Source: an uncultured Bacteroidales bacterium (GTDB lineage: Bacteria; Bacteroidota; Bacteroidia; Bacteroidales; CAIWKO01). From it: DNA of 64,000 nt. Where the stretch lies: contig CAZRFL010000011.1 in the NCBI GenBank assembly GCA_964599365.1, forward strand, positions 6,612-70,611, in the 5' to 3' direction. The notes below the pieces were generated by a model, which was not told where the DNA came from, searched no databases, and saw only the letters and a list, made by a program, of their open reading frames with translations. Positions 47,331 to 57,044 of the stretch are shown piece after piece. Position 1 is the first letter of the stretch, and every line of letters begins with the position of its first letter. Made by a program: the position numbers and the translations under genes.

Positions 47331-49810
47331 TAATAAACCCTCTTCACTCTGCCTGAAACCGAGGTGAGTATCTCATAGGGTATGGTTCCCAGTTTTTCAG
47401 CCAGCATTTTGATAGAAGCGGCATCGTGATATACCATAACTGTATCCCCTTCATTTACCGTCATGCCCGTAATGTCTACCATACACATATCCATGCACAC
47501 ATTTCCGATAAGGGGTGCTTTCTGGCCGTTTACATATAAGAAGCCGTTTCCATTACCCAAATTGCGATTCAGTCCATCGGCATAGCCTATTGGAACAATG
47601 GCGATAATGGAATTTTTTGCAGCTTTCCATTTGCGCCCATAGCCGACAGTTTCTCCTTTAGCCACATTTTTTATTTGAGAAATGGTTGTTTTCAAACTGC
47701 TTACATTTTGCAGATGCAATTGTTCTTCGTCAAAAAACGAGATTCCATACAAGCCTATCCCCAGGCGGACCATATCAAAGTTGGCTTCGGGAAAGCGGGA
47801 AATACCTGAAGAATTTAAGGCGTGTATCCAGAAGGGTTCGGCAAATGCCTCAGAAAATTTTTCACAGACCTTTTTCAAGGTTTCAATCTGTTTTTTAGTG
47901 AAATCGTCCTGTGTGTTGTCTTCGCTGCAGGCAAGGTGTGTAAAAACCGACTTCAGGTGTATGTTGGAATTTTGTTTGATGATATTGATGACCTCGTCAA
48001 TCTCATCGGGCATAAAACCCAGACGGTGCATGCCCGTATCAATTTTAATATGTATGGGTTGTTCCTGTGGATCTTTGGCTTCAGAGGCATTGATGGATTC
48101 AATAAGAAGCCTGAGGGTGCGGAAATTATAGATCTCGGGTTCAAGTTTGTATTTCTTCATCAACTCGAAACTTTCTTCCTCAGGATTCATTACCATGATA
48201 GGGGTTGCAATCTGCGCTTTGCGCAACTCAATGCCTTCGTCGGCATAGGCTACCGCCAGGTAATCAATATTGTGGTATTGTAACACATTGGCAATTTCGT
48301 ATCCACCGCTGCCATACGAAAAGGCCTTAACCATGGCCATAATTTTGGTGTCTTTTTTCAGACAACTTTTATAATAGTTCAGATTGTGAACCAGTGCATT
48401 CAGATTGATCTCCAATACGGTTTCATGAGATTTCTGTTGCAACATACGGCTGATGTTCTCAAACTCGAAAACACGTGCACCTTTGATAAGTATGGTTTCG
48501 TTATGGAAATCTGAAGCATTGAATTTGTTTAAAAATGCATCGGTGCTTTTGAAAAATGATTTTTCTATTTTAAACAAATCTTCGTGACGCAGCAACGATG
48601 GGCCAATGCCAATAATGCGGCTGACTCCTTTGGCATGCAAAAGTCCGTAAACTTCGGTATACAGATCGGTGTCGTTCATAGCGCTTTGCAAAATATCCGA
48701 CAAGATGAGGGTGCGTTTCTTATGCTGGTTCTGCTGATTCATAAAATCCAGAGCAATGCTCAAAGAGTTGAGGTCCGAACTATAACTATCGTTGATTACC
48801 GAGCAATTATTGATGCCGGCCTTCAGTTCCAGACGCATGGCTACCGTGGTCAGCGCCATCATGCGGGAGGCTATGATGTCGTTTTCGTATCCGTTCAGAA
48901 GCATGAAAGCCCAGCAATGAATGGCATTTTCGATAGAGGCATTATCCGCAAAAGGTATTTTGATAGAAATTTCGCTGGTCAGATAATTGGCCGTGATGGT
49001 AGTATTCCCCAGTTCTTTTTGAATGGAAGTTATCATCAGGTTGGCCTTATGCTTGTAGCTCCAGGTGAAGAGGTTGATCTTTTTGGCGAGAAATTCGGAT
49101 TTGATGATACGATCCTGAATTTCGAAACTGTCGGAACAATAGATCAGGGTTCCCACATTGGTAAAGAGGTGCAGTTTTTCACCGGTTTTCTGACGTATGT
49201 TTAGAAAATTCCCTTCATGAGCCGTGCCGATATTTGTGAAAATGCCGATGGTGGGCTGTATAATAGGCTGCAAACGTTTCATTTCCTCCGGTTCTGATAT
49301 ACCGGCTTCGATGATGGCCAGTTCGTTCTCGGTCTGCATTTGCCATACTGATAAGGGAACTCCGATTTGAGAGTTATAGCTTTTCGGACTGCGGACAATG
49401 TTCTTTTCGGGCGACATCAATTGGTAGATCCATTCTTTGATAATGGTTTTTCCGTTACTACCGGTGATGCCCAAAACTGGAATGTTAAACTGTTTGCGGT
49501 GATAGGCAGCCAGGGCCTGTAGCGCCGTCAAGGTATTGCTTACCTTGATAAAATTGGCGGCTTTATACGACTGGTAATTATCTGGCAATTCGGATACCAC
49601 GAAGTTGCGTATGCCTTTTTCGTAAAGTTCGCCAATATACTTGTGGCCATCGTTGCGGGGTGTTACCAGAGCGAAAAAAACCGAAGTTTCTGTTACTACT
49701 ATCTTGCGACTGTCGATCAGAAAATGTTTGATAAGGTCGTTGTTTCCCCCATCGGAAAACAAAGTCCCGTTCATAATGCCGGCAATGTCGGTAACAGTAT
49801 AAGATGTCAT
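47321..49810 (-). CDS. murF: Bifunctional UDP-MurNAc-tripeptide--D-Ala-D-Ala ligase (MurF) / alanine racemase (Alr) fusion
   Basis: 829 aa. The N-terminal Mur ligase has GITGSNGKTIIKEW. The C-terminal alanine racemase has the PLP site AMVKAFSYGSG and ...GRVKRVYY. Confidence 0.85.
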   Translation of the reverse strand: MTSYTVTDIAGIMNGTLFSDGGNNDLIKHFLIDSRKIVVTETSVFFALVTPRNDGHKYIGELYEKGIRNFVVSELPDNYQSYKAANFIKVSNTLTALQALAAYHRKQFNIPVLGITGSNGKTIIKEWIYQLMSPEKNIVRSPKSYNSQIGVPLSVWQMQTENELAIIEAGISEPEEMKRLQPIIQPTIGIFTNIGTAHEGNFLNIRQKTGEKLHLFTNVGTLIYCSDSFEIQDRIIKSEFLAKKINLFTWSYKHKANLMITSIQKELGNTTITANYLTSEISIKIPFADNASIENAIHCWAFMLLNGYENDIIASRMMALTTVAMRLELKAGINNCSVINDSYSSDLNSLSIALDFMNQQNQHKKRTLILSDILQSAMNDTDLYTEVYGLLHAKGVSRIIGIGPSLLRHEDLFKIEKSFFKSTDAFLNKFNASDFHNETILIKGARVFEFENISRMLQQKSHETVLEINLNALVHNLNYYKSCLKKDTKIMAMVKAFSYGSGGYEIANVLQYHNIDYLAVAYADEGIELRKAQIATPIMVMNPEEESFELMKKYKLEPEIYNFRTLRLLIESINASEAKDPQEQPIHIKIDTGMHRLGFMPDEIDEVINIIKQNSNIHLKSVFTHLACSEDNTQDDFTKKQIETLKKVCEKFSEAFAEPFWIHALNSSGISRFPEANFDMVRLGIGLYGISFFDEEQLHLQNVSSLKTTISQIKNVAKGETVGYGRKWKAAKNSIIAIVPIGYADGLNRNLGNGNGFLYVNGQKAPLIGNVCMDMCMVDITGMTVNEGDTVMVYHDAASIKMLAEKLGTIPYEILTSVSGRVKRVYYYE

Positions 49811-49823
49811 GCTTGGTTTGAGG

Positions 49824-50927
49824 TTATTTTTCGTTGTCCGAATCGTCGGAGGCTGCCTTGTAGGTGCCTATTTTCAAAGGATTGGCATGCATGGCGTCAA
49901 ACTGGTTGCGGTTGTGAAATATATCGCAGGCTACGAAAAGTGCATTGCGGAACGAATCGCTGGAAGCCATATTTTTGCCGGCTATTTCGTAAGCGGGTCC
50001 GTGGGCAGGCGAGGTGCGAATGATGGGCAGGCCTGCCGTAAAATTTACACCTTCGTCGAATGCGATGATCTTAAAGGCTATCATTCCCTGATCGTGATAC
50101 ATGGCCATGACGCCATCGAACTGACGATATTTCAGTGTCCCAAAAAATCCATCAGCCGGGTAGGGCCCGAAACAGAGTATGTTTTCTTCCTGTGCTTTTT
50201 TGATGGCGGGGATAATAACGTCCATTTCTTCCCGGCCGATAACTCCTTCGTCGCCCGAATGAGGATTTAGTCCTAACAAAGCAATTTTAGGCTTGACGAT
50301 GCCGAAATCCCGTATCAGCGAATTGTTCATCACAATAAGTTTGCGCACTATCTGATCAACAGTGAGCATGGCCGAAACATCTTTCAGGGCTGCATGTCCG
50401 GTGACGAATCCCATTCGGAAATCGCGGGCAACCATCATCATCAGGTAGTTGGAAGTGTTGAATTTGCTGGCCAGATATTCGGTATGACCCTTGAAGGCGA
50501 ATTTGTCGGACTGTATGTTCTTTTTGTTGATAGGTGCCGTTACCAAAACATCGATGTGGTGGTTTTTTAGATCTTCGACCGACATGTCGAGAGCCGACAG
50601 TGCCAGTTGGCCTGCCAAACCGGATGATTCGCCTGCTTCTATTTTGATGTCCTGTTCGGTTACATTGATAATGTGAAGACGCTTGGGTGGGGCACCTTCG
50701 GCTTTGCGCAAGAGATTGAAATTAACGTTGGCATCGTTAAGATTCAGGACTTTGCGGAAGTAAGAAACTATCTTTGAAGAGCCGTAAAGCACGGGGGTGA
50801 ACAACTCCAGAAGCTTTGGCTCCATGAGGGTTTTGAGGATTATCTCGTAGTTGATGCCGTTGAAATCGCCATGTGTGATTCCTACCACAGGTTTGCGGCC
50901 ATATTCGTGTTCCTTGCTGATTGCCAT
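49824..50927 (-). CDS. pdxA: 4-hydroxythreonine-4-phosphate dehydrogenase
   Basis: 367 aa. Motifs ITHGDFNGINYEI, GHTEYLA, SPAHGPAYEIAGKN. Confidence 0.85.
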   Translation of the reverse strand: MAISKEHEYGRKPVVGITHGDFNGINYEIILKTLMEPKLLELFTPVLYGSSKIVSYFRKVLNLNDANVNFNLLRKAEGAPPKRLHIINVTEQDIKIEAGESSGLAGQLALSALDMSVEDLKNHHIDVLVTAPINKKNIQSDKFAFKGHTEYLASKFNTSNYLMMMVARDFRMGFVTGHAALKDVSAMLTVDQIVRKLIVMNNSLIRDFGIVKPKIALLGLNPHSGDEGVIGREEMDVIIPAIKKAQEENILCFGPYPADGFFGTLKYRQFDGVMAMYHDQGMIAFKIIAFDEGVNFTAGLPIIRTSPAHGPAYEIAGKNMASSDSFRNALFVACDIFHNRNQFDAMHANPLKIGTYKAASDDSDNEK

Positions 50928-51043
50928 GAGGGTGAATTTTTGTGCAAATATAGTGAAAAGATACGGGTAGAGATTGGGGAAGTTTACAAAGCGTAAACTA
51001 AAAAATGGAGGCTACTTCATTTTTGTACGAACAATTAATGAGA

Positions 51044-51277
51044 TTAAACGAATAGACAATGATACTAAACGAAAACACAATGTAATTATACGAATAGCTA
51101 ATGTGATAAAGCAAATGCACTATGTAAATAAACGAAAGACCAATGTCATTAAACGAATGAATAATGATTCTAAACGATAGAATAACGTAATTAAACGAAA
51201 AGGCAATGTAATTAAGCGAAAGATTAACGTTGTTAAACGAAAAGGCAATGACTTTCTACGAACAGAAAGTGTATTTT
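51044..51277. repeat. 11-copy degenerate tandem array with an exact 21-bp period; consensus about TAAACGAAAnnnCAATGTAAT
   Basis: ttaaacgaatagacaatgatac / taaacgaaaacacaatgtaat / tatacgaatagctaatgtgat / ... / taaacgaaaaggcaatgactt. It lies upstream of the pdxA start, downstream of the mqn gene. Confidence 0.8.
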
Positions 51278-51290
51278 ATTACAAAGGGTA

Positions 51291-52136
51291 TTACAGGAAC
51301 TCTTCTACAAAAAGTTTTTCCGGAATAGCGTTTATCATTTTGCTTTGCAGTGCGTAATCGAACAAAAAACGTATGGCGTCTTTGCCTTTTGTTCCGAGGC
51401 TCTGAGTATAATGGTTTACATAAAGGGCAATGTGTTTGCGGATGACTTCGTCTTCCATTTCGGTAGCATGTTCGCGAACAAACTCAGCCGATGAGTCAGG
51501 ATGTTGCATGGCATATTCCACGCTGGCGCGCATGATTTGGTTGAGGCGAGCCTTCAATTCTTCCGGCATATCGCGTTTCACCACTATGCCTCCCAACGGT
51601 ATGGGGAATCCGGTTTTTTGTTCCCAGATTTCGCCCAGATCGGCCAGTTTCATGAGTCCTTTTTCCTGGTAAGTGAAGCGGCTTTCGTGAATGATGACAC
51701 CTGCCTCGACGGTTTCCTTTACTATGCGCTGTTCGATATTGCTGAATCTGAATTCGTGAATGTCGCTTATCAATGGGAAGGCATATTTTAACAATAATGC
51801 GGCTGTGGTATGTTTTCCGGGAATGGCCACAGCCAGATCGTTTATTTCTTCGTTCGAATATTTCTTTTTGCTGATAAGCAGGGGGCCGCAATTGCTTCCC
51901 AAAGCACTTCCGGCGTCGAGTAACTGATATTTGGGGGCCAGATGCAGAAAGGCATGAAAACTCACCTTGGCCATATCCAGATCCTCGTCCATGGCCCGAA
52001 GATTTAGTTGTTCTATGTCTTCGGCCTCACAGATAAAATCAATACCTTCCGTATCAATTTTATTATTGATCAGAGCGTCGAAAATAAAGGTATCGTTGGG
52101 GCAGGGCGAAAAACCGAGTTTTATAATGTAAGACAT
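51291..52136 (-). CDS. Menaquinone biosynthesis (futalosine pathway) MqnA/MqnD-family protein, probably 1,4-dihydroxy-6-naphthoate synthase
   Basis: 281 aa. N-terminal LGFSPCPNDTFIFDAL motif typical of the MqnA/MqnD periplasmic-binding-protein-like fold. Confidence 0.65.
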   Translation of the reverse strand: MSYIIKLGFSPCPNDTFIFDALINNKIDTEGIDFICEAEDIEQLNLRAMDEDLDMAKVSFHAFLHLAPKYQLLDAGSALGSNCGPLLISKKKYSNEEINDLAVAIPGKHTTAALLLKYAFPLISDIHEFRFSNIEQRIVKETVEAGVIIHESRFTYQEKGLMKLADLGEIWEQKTGFPIPLGGIVVKRDMPEELKARLNQIMRASVEYAMQHPDSSAEFVREHATEMEDEVIRKHIALYVNHYTQSLGTKGKDAIRFLFDYALQSKMINAIPEKLFVEEFL

Positions 52137-52177
52137 AGTGAGTTCGGAGTTATGAGTTCGAAGTTATAAGAGCAAAG

Positions 52178-52864
52178 TTACGCAAAAGCATCGATAATTT
52201 CTATAAGTCTTTTGTTGAGAATTCCTATGGCCAAAGGGATGTTCCAGTTGTTGAGATTATGGGGCTCGATATAGTTCGAAATGGTTCTAAGTTGAAAACA
52301 GGGAATCCCTTTCTTCAGGCAACCAAACAAAAATGCAGCCCCTTCCATACTCTCAACCTGGGGTGAAAACAGTTCTACTATCTTTTCAATGCGTTCTGCC
52401 TTCCCATTAACGGTATTCACTGTAATGCCCTTCACTTTTTGCAGATCATTGATAAAGCTGTTTGGAGTGAGAGTGAGATTTTGCAATATGCCTCCTTTGG
52501 TCATAAAGGGTTCAGCAAAGTCTTTGGCAAAATCCATTTGGTAGAGGGGGATAAACTTTTCGCCGTAATCGGCACCCATTTCAGAAAAGCAGTCAGTGGT
52601 AACATTTACTAGTTGTCCGGGTTGAAGTTCTTTCGTAAAACTTCCGGCAATGCCGACATTGATAGCCAGGTCGAAATCATCCTTGTTTACACCACCCATA
52701 TGAAAAGCGGTAGCTACCATTCCTACCCCTGTGATTAAGAGGGTAATTTCATGACCCGAATAGTTCGTGGTGTAAATATTATTCGTACTTACAATATTAA
52801 CTTTTAGCGTGGTTGCCAAAGGTTTTATCTCTGCGAAAGTGGCCGAAACAATTAAAATTCTCAT
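52178..52864 (-). CDS. Futalosine hydrolase (MqnB)-like nucleosidase (PNP/UDP phosphorylase family)
   Basis: Start at the internal MRILIVSATFAEIKPL; ~229 aa. MTA/SAH-nucleosidase-like fold, adjacent to the mqnA/D-like gene. Confidence 0.55.
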   Translation of the reverse strand: MRILIVSATFAEIKPLATTLKVNIVSTNNIYTTNYSGHEITLLITGVGMVATAFHMGGVNKDDFDLAINVGIAGSFTKELQPGQLVNVTTDCFSEMGADYGEKFIPLYQMDFAKDFAEPFMTKGGILQNLTLTPNSFINDLQKVKGITVNTVNGKAERIEKIVELFSPQVESMEGAAFLFGCLKKGIPCFQLRTISNYIEPHNLNNWNIPLAIGILNKRLIEIIDAFA

Positions 52865-52936
52865 GATAGGAATAGCTTTATAAAAAGAAAGTTGCCCTGC
52901 GATCAGAACAACTTTCAATTTTTTGATTATCGATTA

Positions 52937-54328
52937 TTATTTGATGATATTAGGGCTTTCGATTCCATAGCCTTTCTTTTTATCTTCTGCTTTGAGCAAA
53001 AGAGCAAAAACAACAGCCAGTATACCGAAACACATAAATATTAACATGGGAATGGAGTAGTCGTATTTGGGAATTTTTCCGGTAACGTCGTAGCCTATGA
53101 TGCAAAAATTATTTAAAACTACGCCCAAAAATGTGGGAAGCGCCCACAATGCCACCAGGTTTTGAAACCAGAAAATACCCGCATAAGCCGTTCCAAGCTG
53201 ATGATCGGGAATAATTTTAGAGACGGCGGGCCACATGGCGCAGGGAACCAAAGCAAAACTTCCACCAATCATAATAACCAGCAGTATGGCGAAAAACCAA
53301 TGGTTGATAAAAGGAACGGCAAACAATAAATGAGCGGTAAAGATAACAATAGCCCCAATTAACATAATAGTTGCTCCTTTTCCTTTTCTGTCGTAAATGC
53401 TGCCGAAAACAGGAGTTAATAATAAACTGCCCAGCGTAACGATTGACGAAATCATTCCTCCGTATTCAGGGTCTACACCAAATTTATTTGACATAAGATT
53501 GGTAGAAAATTTCAGAAAAGGGAAAACGGCGGAATAGAACAATACGCACAAAATGGTAACATACCACCATGCCTTGTTTTTGATTACTTCCAAAAAGTCC
53601 TTTATTTTGAAGTTTTCATCCGGAACGGCATTGGTTTCAAGTTTATTGGCCTTTATAGATGCGTCAAGCTTTTTATCCATCATGGCAAATATCAGGAAGG
53701 AAACCAAGCTTAAACAAAGCATCACCAGACTGACAAAAATCGGGGAACTAAGTTTTCCCGTAACGGTTATAATATAGAGTGGGGCAGACAAGGCCAGGGT
53801 GGTTCCCAGGCGGGCAACAGAAAGCTGCATGCCCATGGCAAAAGCCAAAGATTTTCCTTTGAACCATTTTACAATGATTCTGGAAGTAGTAATTCCGCCT
53901 ATTTCAATACCCACTCCAAATATGGCGTATCCTGTGGCAGCTATCCAAACCTGAGCCGGATGCCGGATGCCGATAATTTCCCAGATCTTTCCATCCAACA
54001 TATTAGTAGTAATAGCCCAGTATATCAGTCCTGTACCAAACATCATGGTGGCAATAGCCAAAATACCGGCAAATCGTACACCTTTTTTGTCAAGAATAAA
54101 TCCGCCAAAAATCAGAAAGAACAGAAACACATTGAACCATGCATAGGCCCCGTTAAAAAAACCGAAATCGGCCGCATCCCATAATAAAACCGCACTTAAT
54201 TTGTCCTGAAGAGGTGACATCACATCTGCAATGAAATATCCTGCAAACATGGTTAATGATACTATCAATAGCGCAGTCCATCGGGTTGCCGCTGAGTCAT
54301 TAAATAGTTTTTGAATTTTTTCGCCCAT
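52937..54328 (-). CDS. MFS transporter
   Basis: 463 aa with about 12 TM helices in two 6-helix halves. Confidence 0.75.
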   Translation of the reverse strand: MGEKIQKLFNDSAATRWTALLIVSLTMFAGYFIADVMSPLQDKLSAVLLWDAADFGFFNGAYAWFNVFLFFLIFGGFILDKKGVRFAGILAIATMMFGTGLIYWAITTNMLDGKIWEIIGIRHPAQVWIAATGYAIFGVGIEIGGITTSRIIVKWFKGKSLAFAMGMQLSVARLGTTLALSAPLYIITVTGKLSSPIFVSLVMLCLSLVSFLIFAMMDKKLDASIKANKLETNAVPDENFKIKDFLEVIKNKAWWYVTILCVLFYSAVFPFLKFSTNLMSNKFGVDPEYGGMISSIVTLGSLLLTPVFGSIYDRKGKGATIMLIGAIVIFTAHLLFAVPFINHWFFAILLVIMIGGSFALVPCAMWPAVSKIIPDHQLGTAYAGIFWFQNLVALWALPTFLGVVLNNFCIIGYDVTGKIPKYDYSIPMLIFMCFGILAVVFALLLKAEDKKKGYGIESPNIIK

Positions 54329-54464
54329 TTTTATAAATTTTAAGATGCAAATATAGGGTTTTGTTTTTTAGGGTTTCTGTATTTTTATGTATTATTGAAA
54401 AGTCATTGGGTTTTGTTTAATTTCGGACAAAATTCCATTTAACTTTGCAATTGTAAAAACTTCT

Positions 54465-55388
54465 ATGACCATTTATCCCGATATTCTAATCACTATTTTA
54501 GGCCCTACCGCTACGGGGAAAACTACTCTGGCGGCACATTTGGCTGACAGAATTGGTGGGGAAATCATCAGTGCAGATTCACGACAGATATACCGTAGTA
54601 TGGATATTGGAACAGGGAAAGATATCTGTGATTATACCATAAATGCCAGAGCCATCACGTTTCATCTGATAGATATCGCCGAGGCTGGGGAAGAGTATAA
54701 TTTGTTCCGGTTTGGCGCTGATTTTAAAAAGGCCTTTGAAGAAATAACTGCGAGAAAAAAGGTTCCTATTTTATGTGGAGGTACGGGGCTGTACATTGAA
54801 TCCATACTTAGAAACTATGCTGTTCCGGATGTGCCTCAATCGGATGAATTCCGCAGCTCCTTAGAAAACAAAACCGACGATGAACTGAAGGCCGAATTGA
54901 TGAAGTATAAATCACTTCACAATGATACGGATATTGAAAACCGAAGAAGGCTGATAAGAGCCTTGGAAATTGCTCATTTTTCTGCAGAAAAGCAGCTTCA
55001 TACCGATACTTATTTACCCCAAAAGCAATTTATTTTTGGCATATCTCTTCCCCGTGAAGTGGTTCGTCAAAGAATTACCGACCGATTACATTTGAGATTG
55101 CAAAACGGAATGATAGAGGAGGTTCAGGCCTTGCTTGATTCGGGAGTGAGTGCCTCGAGACTGATCAGGTATGGTCTCGAATACAAATACCTTACCGAAT
55201 ATCTGTTGAAACAGTACACTTACGACGAAATGGTCCGATTGCTGAATATTGCTATTCATCAATTCTCGAAACGACAGATGACCTGGTTCCGCGGCATGGA
55301 AAGAAGAGGTTTACAAATAAACTGGATAGACGGACTGTTGCCTATGAATGAAAAACTGGAAAAGATTGAAGATTTGCTGTCAGACTAA
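54465..55388 (+). CDS. miaA: tRNA dimethylallyltransferase
   Basis: 307 aa. P-loop GPTATGKTTLAAHLA followed by ISADSRQIYRSMDIGTGK. Confidence 0.9.
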   Translation: MTIYPDILITILGPTATGKTTLAAHLADRIGGEIISADSRQIYRSMDIGTGKDICDYTINARAITFHLIDIAEAGEEYNLFRFGADFKKAFEEITARKKVPILCGGTGLYIESILRNYAVPDVPQSDEFRSSLENKTDDELKAELMKYKSLHNDTDIENRRRLIRALEIAHFSAEKQLHTDTYLPQKQFIFGISLPREVVRQRITDRLHLRLQNGMIEEVQALLDSGVSASRLIRYGLEYKYLTEYLLKQYTYDEMVRLLNIAIHQFSKRQMTWFRGMERRGLQINWIDGLLPMNEKLEKIEDLLSD

Positions 55389-56048
55389 TTACCACCCCAT
55401 CATACTGTTCCCGAAAGGACGATTATGATGGAAGTTCGACTGCATACCCCCATAGGGATAAGATTCGGAATTATAGAAAGGATTGTTGTTCCCGTTGGAG
55501 AAATTCACCTGAGCACCAATGGTCATGTGCTCGCTGATCTTGTACTCGGCGCCAATATTGATGCCGTAATTATCCAGAGAGTTCTTCTTGTTGGTAAATT
55601 CTGAATTTAGGGTTTTATTGCTGGTGAAAGTTTTATAAACACTTCCCGAGATAATCAAACGGTCGGATACCAGATAATTCCCGCGGACAAATAAAAGTGC
55701 ATTGGTCCCGTTACCGCCAAAGCTGCTGAATTCGCTGTTGTTAAACCCATTGAAACCCTGTTGTAAAATGCCACCTACATCCAGCTTAAATCGGGGGGTA
55801 ACCAGATAACTCATATAAGGCGAAATATAAGTATAGGCTCCAGAGCTGTGTTTAGATGCGGAAAAACCAAATCCAACATCCACCGAAAAACTCATGCGTT
55901 TGTAATTCAGCAGAGAGTTGTTCTTTTTGATGGTCTGGGTATTGAAGGAAGTTGATGTATCGGGCCTAAAATAAGACTGGGCTTTTGTCTGAATAGAAAT
56001 AAACAAAAACAGGAGAAAAAAGGAGAAGAGGACTTTATTTGATTTCAT
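55389..56048 (-). CDS. Outer-membrane beta-barrel (porin-family / OmpW-like) protein
   Basis: 219 aa. Signal peptide, alternating hydrophobic beta-strand pattern, C-terminal aromatic residue. Confidence 0.5.
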   Translation of the reverse strand: MKSNKVLFSFFLLFLFISIQTKAQSYFRPDTSTSFNTQTIKKNNSLLNYKRMSFSVDVGFGFSASKHSSGAYTYISPYMSYLVTPRFKLDVGGILQQGFNGFNNSEFSSFGGNGTNALLFVRGNYLVSDRLIISGSVYKTFTSNKTLNSEFTNKKNSLDNYGINIGAEYKISEHMTIGAQVNFSNGNNNPFYNSESYPYGGMQSNFHHNRPFGNSMMGW

Positions 56049-56147
56049 CTTAAAAAGCGCTTAAGTGAATTGTGGAACGAACTTTTTTCTTAAATATTGT
56101 ATACAAAGGTAGTAATAAAATAAATGATACCGATTTCTTCAGGTAAA

Positions 56148-56951
56148 TCATTTGAACCCCCTTTGCCTTTTAGCCTCATATATCATGATGGCTACCGAAT
56201 TCGAAACATTCAGTGAGTCAATCTGACCCAGTATGGGAATCTTAATAATCCTGTCTGCTGCAGTAAGCCATTTTTCGGTAAGCCCCGTAGCCTCAGTGCC
56301 GAATACGATGGCTGAACCCTTGGTGAAATCGGTTTCATGATAAAACTGATCCGTTTGCAAAGCGGCGGCAAAGATTGCAATGTTGTTTTTCTTTAGCCAG
56401 GCAATCGCCTTATCAGATGAACAGGCCAGCACTTTTTGGGTGAAAACGCAACCAATACTGGAACGTACCACATTCGGGTTATAAATATCGGTATTGGGGT
56501 CGCAGATGATTAGCAGGTCGACAGCAGCGGCATCGCAACTACGCAAAACGGCACCCAGGTTACCCGGCTTTTCTACTTGTTCGAGAATCACAATGAGTGG
56601 TGTCCCGGATATTTCGACCTTATCGAGTTCCAGAGTTCTTGTTTGACCCAAAAGTATGATACCTCCACTATCGTCGCGATAGGCTACTTTGCTGAATACC
56701 TCCTGGGTAATATAATACAGGTTTTCCGGTGGGCATGCTTTTGTGCAGAGATCTACTACCTTTGGGTTGGTTGCTATTTCGGGGCATATGAAGCAGGAAT
56801 CGACTGAAATGCCTGATTGCAGGCATTGGGTGATCTCTTTTTCGCCTTCCACAACCATCAATCCCTGCTCTTTACGTTCGGATTGCTTGCGCATCAGCAG
56901 AACAATGTTCTTGATCTTTTTGTTGCTCAGACTGGTGATGGTTTCGGACAT
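56148..56951 (-). CDS. TrmH/SpoU-family RNA 2'-O-methyltransferase
   Basis: 267 aa. SPOUT motifs: EKPGNLGAVLRSCDAAAV, LIICDP and the C-terminal IPILGQIDSLNVSNSVAI. Confidence 0.8.
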   Translation of the reverse strand: MSETITSLSNKKIKNIVLLMRKQSERKEQGLMVVEGEKEITQCLQSGISVDSCFICPEIATNPKVVDLCTKACPPENLYYITQEVFSKVAYRDDSGGIILLGQTRTLELDKVEISGTPLIVILEQVEKPGNLGAVLRSCDAAAVDLLIICDPNTDIYNPNVVRSSIGCVFTQKVLACSSDKAIAWLKKNNIAIFAAALQTDQFYHETDFTKGSAIVFGTEATGLTEKWLTAADRIIKIPILGQIDSLNVSNSVAIMIYEAKRQRGFK

Positions 56952-56985
56952 GGAGTTAATAATTAAGTTATCGGCAAAACAAAAC

Positions 56986-57018
56986 TATAAAAAAACCGGA
57001 TGCGGAGAGGCATCCGGC
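56986..57018 (-). terminator. Rho-independent terminator (minus strand)
   Basis: CCGGATGC-ggagag-GCATCCGG. The A-run on the plus strand is a T-run on the transcribed strand. Confidence 0.6.
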
Positions 57019-57044
57019 TTTAAATATACCTTTCGGTTGTGTAC

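Noticed and set aside
50974-51180. 68-aa ORF with a heptad-like KR-rich repeat (TTG start)
   Set aside because: It is a translation of the 21-bp DNA tandem array. The frame breaks within the array and there is no ATG start.
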